A stretch of DNA of 64,000 nt from an uncultured Acidobacteriota bacterium. GTDB lineage: Bacteria > Acidobacteriota > Thermoanaerobaculia > Gp7-AA8 > JAHWKK01. Below are positions 58,405 through 64,000 of this stretch, in pieces (position 1 is the stretch's first letter; each line of letters begins with the position of its first letter). The notes under the pieces are model-generated. The model was not told where the DNA came from and did no database searches. It saw only the letters and a list, made by a program, of their open reading frames with translations. Location of the stretch: contig CAWHHZ010000008.1 of assembly GCA_963829355.1 (NCBI GenBank), positions 97,075 through 161,074 of the forward strand. Direction: 5' to 3'. The translations under genes and the position numbers were made by a program.

Positions 58405-59529
58405 TCAGTAGCTCGCCAGGTTCGGTTTGGGAGGTGTCGCTTTCGCGCCGCGGCTCTTCACGTAGCTTCCGCTGACCTGGATCGGGTTGCGATTCCAGAG
58501 GTTGTAGACCTTGTCGACGAGGCCATCGGCGTGAACAGTCATCTGACCGTCCCCGAGGCCATCGTTGGTGTCGAACGGGTTCGCCCGATTCATCTGGATC
58601 GTCAGCTCCGGAAGCCCCTCGGGAGCATACGGCCAGGGCCAGGCCGTGGAGAGCATTCCGTGGAACTGAATGTTGCCGATCTGGTTGGTCAGCAACTGGT
58701 GTGTGTGCCCATGAATGACCGTGACACTGTCGAACGGTCTGAGGATTGCCTGAACCTCATCCGCATCATCCGTCCAGAAGTTCCACGGCTTGTAGTACTT
58801 GTAGAGAGGAGAGTGAGAGAACACCACCACGGGCTTGTTCTTCGGCACGGCCGCGAGGTCATTCGCCAGCCACTTCCTCTGCGGCTCACCCACCTTGAAC
58901 CGTCCCTGAGTACCATTGTCGAGTCCCGCGACGGTGAGCATCCGCTCCATCGGCGTCATCCCCCTGGCCGTCCAGAAGTCGTCCTCGTAAATGCTGTTGA
59001 GCGTGACGAAATGAACACCCTTGTGGTCGAACGAATAGTTCGGTGCACCGAACAGCTCGCGCCACTTCTCGCCCATGTCGAAGAACCAGTCGTGCTCACC
59101 GACCATCATTCGGACCGGGACCTTTACATTCCTGAGGATCTCTGCCCCCAGCTCCAGCTCTTCCGGTTTTCCGAGTTGCGCCAGATCTCCGCCATAGAGC
59201 ACGAAATCGGGTGCAGGCACCAGAGAATTGATGTCGTCCACGGCGCGAAGGAGCTGACGTACGAAGCGCTCGTTGACCACCTTCTCGTACAGGTGAGAGT
59301 CTGAGATGTACGCGATACGGAATGCCTCCCCACCCCCGGGCTCCTGAAAGAGAAGAGGCATGAAAGAGTGAGGATTGAAGAAGACGCCGTTGGTCGCAGC
59401 GGCCCCCATGGCGGCCATCGAAAGCTTCACGAAGTTACGACGGTCGAGATTCTTCAGGTCGCGGAAGACCTCGTCACGGGCTTCATAGTATTTGGTCTCG
59501 ACGCTCCTGATCTTCGGTCTCCGTGTCAT
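58405..59529 (-). CDS. Tat-exported calcineurin-like metallophosphoesterase
   Basis: Twin-arginine signal 'RRNFVKLSMAAMGAAA'. 'GDLAQLG', 'GEHD' and 'VIHGHTHQ' metallophosphatase motifs. Confidence 0.75.
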   Translation of the reverse strand: MTRRPKIRSVETKYYEARDEVFRDLKNLDRRNFVKLSMAAMGAAATNGVFFNPHSFMPLLFQEPGGGEAFRIAYISDSHLYEKVVNERFVRQLLRAVDDINSLVPAPDFVLYGGDLAQLGKPEELELGAEILRNVKVPVRMMVGEHDWFFDMGEKWRELFGAPNYSFDHKGVHFVTLNSIYEDDFWTARGMTPMERMLTVAGLDNGTQGRFKVGEPQRKWLANDLAAVPKNKPVVVFSHSPLYKYYKPWNFWTDDADEVQAILRPFDSVTVIHGHTHQLLTNQIGNIQFHGMLSTAWPWPYAPEGLPELTIQMNRANPFDTNDGLGDGQMTVHADGLVDKVYNLWNRNPIQVSGSYVKSRGAKATPPKPNLASY

Positions 59530-60929
59530 TGTCTGGCTCCTTCCTTGTGGTCCATGACGCGCTGCTCGAACGGCAGAACGCGTCCGGAAGCCATTGCCTC
59601 GTCCCGGAACGGTCGCTCTCTGCTCGCGATCTCGCGCTGCATCTCGAACTCCGCCTGGCTCTGCTCGGAAAAGCGTTCGTCGGTCATCGCAAACATCAGC
59701 GCAACGAGATCGTCAATCTCATCCTCGGTCAGACCCAGCGGCTCGATGCCGCCGTCGAGGAACGGGTTCGGCTCGCCCCCTTTGTTGTAGTGGTCGATCA
59801 CGTCCCACAGCGTGCGCATCGAGCCGTCGTGCATGTAGGGAGCGGTGAGAGCGACGTTGCGGACTGCCTGGGTCCTGAATGCGCCGATATCGGCCCGGTC
59901 CTTCGTCACGAGGAATCGACCGAGCTCCGACATATCCGTCTCGAGAGCGAGTCTGTCGATCGCCTCGACGCTGTCGGACTCCGAAAGAGTCGTAAGAGCT
60001 CGGCGGGCGAGATCCTCGAAGTTCTGCTTGCGGGCGGAGACACCGACATTGTGATACCGGTTGTCAGTGCCGACCGGACTGGTGGGATTGAGCATGTGGC
60101 AGCTCATGCAGCGGCCCTTGCCGTTGTAGAGCACCCAGCCTCGTTTTGCAGAGTCGGAAATCGCATTCTCGTTCCCGGCGAGATACTCATCGAACGGCGA
60201 TTGCAGAAAGACGAGCGTTCGCTCGAACGCGGCGATCGCACGGATCATATCGTCGTAGTTCGGTTCGCTCCCATACGCCTCGCGGAACATCCTGATGTAC
60301 TGCGGATCGTTTGCAATCGCAGCGAGCACGTGTGCCTTTTCGCCGAATCCTCCCTCGACCGGATTGATCGGAGGAAGAGCGGCCTGTTCTTCGAGACTCG
60401 GCACGCGTCCGTCGAGAAAGAGCTCCTGATAGAACATCGCGTTCATGGACGCGGGAGCGTTGCGCTTGCCGAGCTGGTTGTCGAATCCTTCAGAGGTCGT
60501 TCGCTGGTCCGTGAAGCCGCGGCTGACGTCGTGGCAGGTGGCACACGACACCGTCGCGTCCTTGCCGAGCCTGGTATCGAAGTAGAGCGTGCGTCCCAGT
60601 TCGACACGTTCCGGCGTCATCTGATTGTCGGAGGGCACCAGCAACTTCCAGATGTACGCGTCTACGCCGGAAGGGACGGCAGTCGCATCAACCTTCGGCA
60701 GGAGCTCATGCAGAAGAGTGATCTGTTCGTCCATGGCCAGTGAGCCGTGCGGCGCAAGTTTGTTCGGATCGATCTCGTCTTCGGTGTACGGACCGAATCG
60801 TCCCTGAGCGCCCAGGGATGATGTGATCAGCAGCACGAACGCCCATGTGAGGACGCCCCTGAACCAGGTGCTTTGACTGGGGGAGAGTTCCCTGCTCGTC
60901 ATCGAGAATCCTTTCTCGAGGCGGAGCAT
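59526..60929 (-). CDS. di-heme cytochrome c peroxidase (CCP/MauG family)
   Basis: Two CxxCH motifs ('CATCHDV', 'CMSCHML') with CCP spacing. Signal peptide. Confidence 0.85.
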   Translation of the reverse strand: MLRLEKGFSMTSRELSPSQSTWFRGVLTWAFVLLITSSLGAQGRFGPYTEDEIDPNKLAPHGSLAMDEQITLLHELLPKVDATAVPSGVDAYIWKLLVPSDNQMTPERVELGRTLYFDTRLGKDATVSCATCHDVSRGFTDQRTTSEGFDNQLGKRNAPASMNAMFYQELFLDGRVPSLEEQAALPPINPVEGGFGEKAHVLAAIANDPQYIRMFREAYGSEPNYDDMIRAIAAFERTLVFLQSPFDEYLAGNENAISDSAKRGWVLYNGKGRCMSCHMLNPTSPVGTDNRYHNVGVSARKQNFEDLARRALTTLSESDSVEAIDRLALETDMSELGRFLVTKDRADIGAFRTQAVRNVALTAPYMHDGSMRTLWDVIDHYNKGGEPNPFLDGGIEPLGLTEDEIDDLVALMFAMTDERFSEQSQAEFEMQREIASRERPFRDEAMASGRVLPFEQRVMDHKEGARQ

Positions 60930-61202
60930 CCGCAGACGGGAAGCATCGATGAATCGCAGAGACGCGATACAGGATGAATGACCACCACGTTCTTCCTCCG
61001 CTCTCGTTCAAGCGACCTGAGAGGTCGCAGTCCTATCGAACAGCATCGCCGAGAGCGCCACGGTGATCAGCTGCGAGAAAAACAGTATCCCAGAACCGAA
61101 CCATGCCGCAAGGCAAATGGTCACCAGGAAAGCTGCAGCCGAAATATCGGGCTTCCAATCTGCTTTCTGGTTCTTTCGGTCCAGCCGGACGAAAAACTCG
61201 TT

Positions 61203-62189
61203 ATGCGCGAAGCGACTCTTCCACCAACCGCCGTCTCCGAGGCGTCCGTTACCCTGCGGTTCGATCGCGAAACCGATGAGGGTCAGCTCTCCGATCGGAC
61301 TTTCCTGACGATCGGGACGGCGGGCTCACAGTTACCGCGGGCGGCGGGAGTGGTGCTGCCGGTCCCTTCGATCGGCCCGGGAAACGTGCTGGAGGTCTGG
61401 GAGTCGAGCCGCCCGGTATCGCGGATCCGGCACAACGGCATCAACGCAGCGTGTGCCGGAGGTTATCTTTTCGGAGCCGTAGCGGGACATCCCGAGGAGA
61501 AACTCTCGACCGCGACCGCAGAGATCTACAGCCGGATGCTCGAGCTCACACGGTCAGCCGGAATGCCTCACCTCGTACGGGTCTGGAACTACTTCCCGCG
61601 CATCAACGAGATTGAGTCGATCGAGCGTTACCAGGACTTCTGCAAGACGCGCTTCGAGATTTTCGAGTCCGCCCAGTACGACATGTCCCGGGACCTGCCG
61701 GCAGCTAGCGCCGTGGGCTCGGCGAGCGGCGCGCTCACCGTCGTCTTCCTCGCTTCGGAAGACAAACCCACATACATCGAGAATCCACGACAGATCAGCG
61801 CATTCCGCTACCCTGAAAAATATGGCCCACGCAGCCCCTCATTCTCGCGGGGCGCTCTTCTCCCGGATTCCCGTACTCTGTTCGTCTCCGGCACTGCCAG
61901 TATCGTGGGGCACGAAACCGTTCACGCGGGCGATCTACCGGCTCAGGTCGAGGAAACACTTCGCAACATCGACATCGTCATCGAGCGCGCGTTCGGGAAG
62001 GGAGCCTCGCTGCTGTCTCCACACTTCGAGAGCCATCTCAAAGTCTATGTACGCCACGCTGAGGACAAACTGGCCATCGCCGAGCGGCTCGAACGACTCA
62101 TCCCTGCCGACCAGGTGATCTACCTGCGCGCCGACATCTGTCGCAGCGATCTGCTGGTCGAGATCGAAGCCCTCGTCCGCAGAAGCTGA
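61203..62189 (+). CDS. chorismatase-like (FkbO/Hyg5 family) protein with C-terminal RidA/YjgF-like domain
   Basis: Roughly 328 aa from the internal Met. The C-terminal 'TLFVSGTASIVGHETVHAGDLPAQVEETLRNIDIVIERA' is RidA-like. Overall size and architecture fit TIGR04444. Confidence 0.4.
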   Translation: MREATLPPTAVSEASVTLRFDRETDEGQLSDRTFLTIGTAGSQLPRAAGVVLPVPSIGPGNVLEVWESSRPVSRIRHNGINAACAGGYLFGAVAGHPEEKLSTATAEIYSRMLELTRSAGMPHLVRVWNYFPRINEIESIERYQDFCKTRFEIFESAQYDMSRDLPAASAVGSASGALTVVFLASEDKPTYIENPRQISAFRYPEKYGPRSPSFSRGALLPDSRTLFVSGTASIVGHETVHAGDLPAQVEETLRNIDIVIERAFGKGASLLSPHFESHLKVYVRHAEDKLAIAERLERLIPADQVIYLRADICRSDLLVEIEALVRRS

Positions 62190-62198
62190 GAGTGCTGC

Positions 62199-62645
62199 AT
62201 GACGACCTGCGGGATGTGCGGAAACCCCTTTGACGCCGGGTCCGAGTGTCCCTACTGCGGAACGTTCCAGCATACGATGTCCTCGGGTACCTCGAAGCGC
62301 CGGCGCAGCATCGTGACGTTGAATCTCGAGACGGGAAAGCCGGGTGTCGAGGACGCACTGGGAAAACTCGATCGCGAGATCGCGGCGGCGAAGATGAAAC
62401 AGATCCGGCTGATCCGGGTCATCCACGGATGGGGCTCCTCGGGCTCAGGCGGCGCGATCAAGATGGCGGTGGCCGCCCATCTCCAGGGACTCCTGCGACA
62501 GCGGACGATCCGATCCTTCACTCCCGGCGACGGATATTCCGACTACACGAACGCCGGCCGGGACCTCCTGTCCGCGTACCCGTCGTTGCGCGCATCACTC
62601 AGGACCGACCGCGAAAATCCCGGCATCACGTTCGTCGAGGTGTGA
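62199..62645 (+). CDS. Smr-domain protein with N-terminal zinc ribbon
   Basis: 'CGMCGNPF...CPYCG' ribbon. Smr core 'LNLETGKPGVEDALGKLDREI...RLIRVIHGWGSSGSGGAIKMAV'. Confidence 0.65.
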   Translation: MTTCGMCGNPFDAGSECPYCGTFQHTMSSGTSKRRRSIVTLNLETGKPGVEDALGKLDREIAAAKMKQIRLIRVIHGWGSSGSGGAIKMAVAAHLQGLLRQRTIRSFTPGDGYSDYTNAGRDLLSAYPSLRASLRTDRENPGITFVEV

Positions 62646-62646
62646 C

Positions 62647-63921
62647 TCACCTCAGCAGGTAGATCACGTAGACCACGGCTGTCCCACCGAGGAGAGCCAG
62701 ACCAGCGTACGAGAGCGCGATGAGCGCGCGGCCGGGGCGGTGCTCGACCGGCACCTCGGGACCGGTCACTGCGCGAAGATTGAGATAGCCGAGAGCGGGC
62801 GCGACGAGGAACGACACGATCGTCGCGAAGTCGATCATCGTTGCGAGAGTTCCGGCGAAGAGACCGAGAACTGCGACCGTTCCGAGTGCGAGCGTCAGGA
62901 GCCCGCTCCAGTAGACGCCGCCCATCCCCTCGTCCGTGCTCCCTCCGAAGCGGCCCGAGGTCAGCACGCGCACAGAACGATCGATCGCACGAGGATAGCC
63001 GTCGATCACTGTGACGGCTGTGGAGAGCATTGTCGTGAGGACGGCGGTGGCGACGATTGGCATGGTCCAGCTACCGAGCACCCTGCCGTAGAGCTCGATC
63101 AGTTCCGCTGAGAAGCGGGTACCCTGCGGACTGAACATCTGTCCGGATCGGTGCATGACGGCCGCCCCCAGAATCAGAAACGCGAACGCCATGACCACTG
63201 TGCCGATGTAGCCGATCCGGAAATCGAGGAGAACATGCCTCACGCTGGCTCTCGATCCGCCAGACTGATCTTTCGCCAGCGTCCAGAGTGAGCTCCACAC
63301 CGCGATGTCGATCGCTGATGGCATCCACCCGACGAGTGCGAGCACGAAGGGGAACGGGATTCCGTCAGGACCGCCGATCGCGGGAATCAGTCGGAGCGTC
63401 GAGAAATCCGCTCGTGGCAGACTGACCACCGCTGCCGCGATCGTGGAAACCGCGAGGAGGACCAGAATGAACTTGATCAGCAGATCGAGCATTCGATACC
63501 TGCCGGCATACAGGAGCAGACCGCTGGCCAGACAAACGAGAGCACCCATCGCGGCAAGCGGCAACTCCAGACCGAATGCATACCCGAAAAGAAAGCTCGT
63601 CATCAGCACGATTGCCGATTGCACGATCAGTCCGGTCAGGATCGTGATCGCGATATAGAGCCACAGCGCCCACCTGCCAATTCTCCGGTAGCCCTCGACG
63701 AGGCTCTGGCCAGTCGCTGCCGCATAACGCGGACCGAACTCGAAGAAAGGGTACTTCAGTATGTTCGCGAGCAGGACGACTCCGGCGAGCCCGAACCCTG
63801 CCATCGCACCAGCTCTGGTCGACTGGACGAGATGCGATATGCCGATCGCCGCCGCGGCCCACAGCAAACCGGGTCCGAACGCGGACCAGAAGCTGTGCCT
63901 GCCGGAACTGACGTTTTCCAT
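62647..63921 (-). CDS. Nramp-related (NRMT-like) cation transporter
   Basis: About 11 TM. 'GPGLLWAAAAIG' and 'VGWMPSAI' align with Nramp TM1/TM6 but lack the canonical DPGN/MPH metal-site residues. Confidence 0.5.
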   Translation of the reverse strand: MENVSSGRHSFWSAFGPGLLWAAAAIGISHLVQSTRAGAMAGFGLAGVVLLANILKYPFFEFGPRYAAATGQSLVEGYRRIGRWALWLYIAITILTGLIVQSAIVLMTSFLFGYAFGLELPLAAMGALVCLASGLLLYAGRYRMLDLLIKFILVLLAVSTIAAAVVSLPRADFSTLRLIPAIGGPDGIPFPFVLALVGWMPSAIDIAVWSSLWTLAKDQSGGSRASVRHVLLDFRIGYIGTVVMAFAFLILGAAVMHRSGQMFSPQGTRFSAELIELYGRVLGSWTMPIVATAVLTTMLSTAVTVIDGYPRAIDRSVRVLTSGRFGGSTDEGMGGVYWSGLLTLALGTVAVLGLFAGTLATMIDFATIVSFLVAPALGYLNLRAVTGPEVPVEHRPGRALIALSYAGLALLGGTAVVYVIYLLR

Positions 63922-64000
63922 TCTCGTGCTTCCCTACGCCGTTGGAGAGAAGCTGAGCTTCGGATTTGCCCGAGACAGTTCCAGAAAATCACGAACTTCA

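Noticed and set aside
60978-61202. N-terminal 75-aa extension of the chorismatase-like ORF
   Set aside because: The extension is Arg-rich and overlaps the divergent CCP promoter region. The internal Met at 61203 gives a protein of the expected family length.
1-64000. tRNA or rRNA genes
   Set aside because: No cloverleaf-compatible segments with a conserved T-loop GTTCGA/A or D-loop features were found in non-coding stretches. The recurrent GTTCA strings are parts of heptamer arrays, not T-arms.

Overview
This window is a high-GC (about 65%) chromosomal segment that looks acidobacterial. The evidence is TIGR03436-type VWA proteins, a CarboxypepD_reg/TonB-dependent receptor, sulfatase-TPR fusions and ABC-2 permease::M1 peptidase fusions. 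Coding density is high, with no rRNA, tRNA or CRISPR detected. The main features are:
(1) Two paralogous, inverted ABC modules, each an ATPase plus a roughly 1200-aa ABC-2 permease fused to an M1 zinc peptidase. They flank a divergent LytS-type kinase / LytTR regulator pair, and both modules carry similar 21-22-bp-spaced direct repeats about 70 bp upstream of the ATPase start (candidate LytTR operators). Copy 1's ATPase has a 1-nt frameshift in a C5/G5 run.
(2) A 926-nt group II intron on the minus strand (24313-25238). It has a canonical GUGCG 5' end, a textbook domain V and a domain VI with a bulged A. Its intron-encoded protein has lost the whole RT core. The intron sits at the base of a 24-bp-stem hairpin downstream of a gene and next to a LytTR gene fragment.
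(3) An orphan encapsulated-ferritin-like (EncFtn) gene with no encapsulin shell gene and no targeting peptide.
(4) A small toxin-antitoxin islet: an IS21-like end remnant, brnTA with a frameshifted toxin, and hicAB flanked by 98-bp hairpin-containing direct repeats.
(5) A family of about 100-155-bp nested inverted-repeat intergenic elements, seven or more copies in two subtypes.
(6) Many tandem GTTC-containing heptamer arrays in intergenic regions. One sits inside the signal-peptide codons of a sulfatase gene, giving a contingency-locus signature.
(7) Ordinary genes: an alpha-hydroxy-acid dehydrogenase, a DUF1111 di-heme protein (split), VWA/TPR proteins, an NtrY-like kinase, RluA, NamZ/DUF1343, MogA (split), QueA, an EamA transporter, an ArsI/CadI-like protein, a LysE transporter, a CCP/metallophosphatase/cytochrome c operon, a chorismatase-like protein, an Smr protein and a Nramp-like transporter.
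At least six genes carry single-nucleotide frameshifts. Real pseudogenisation and homopolymer assembly error cannot be told apart from sequence alone.
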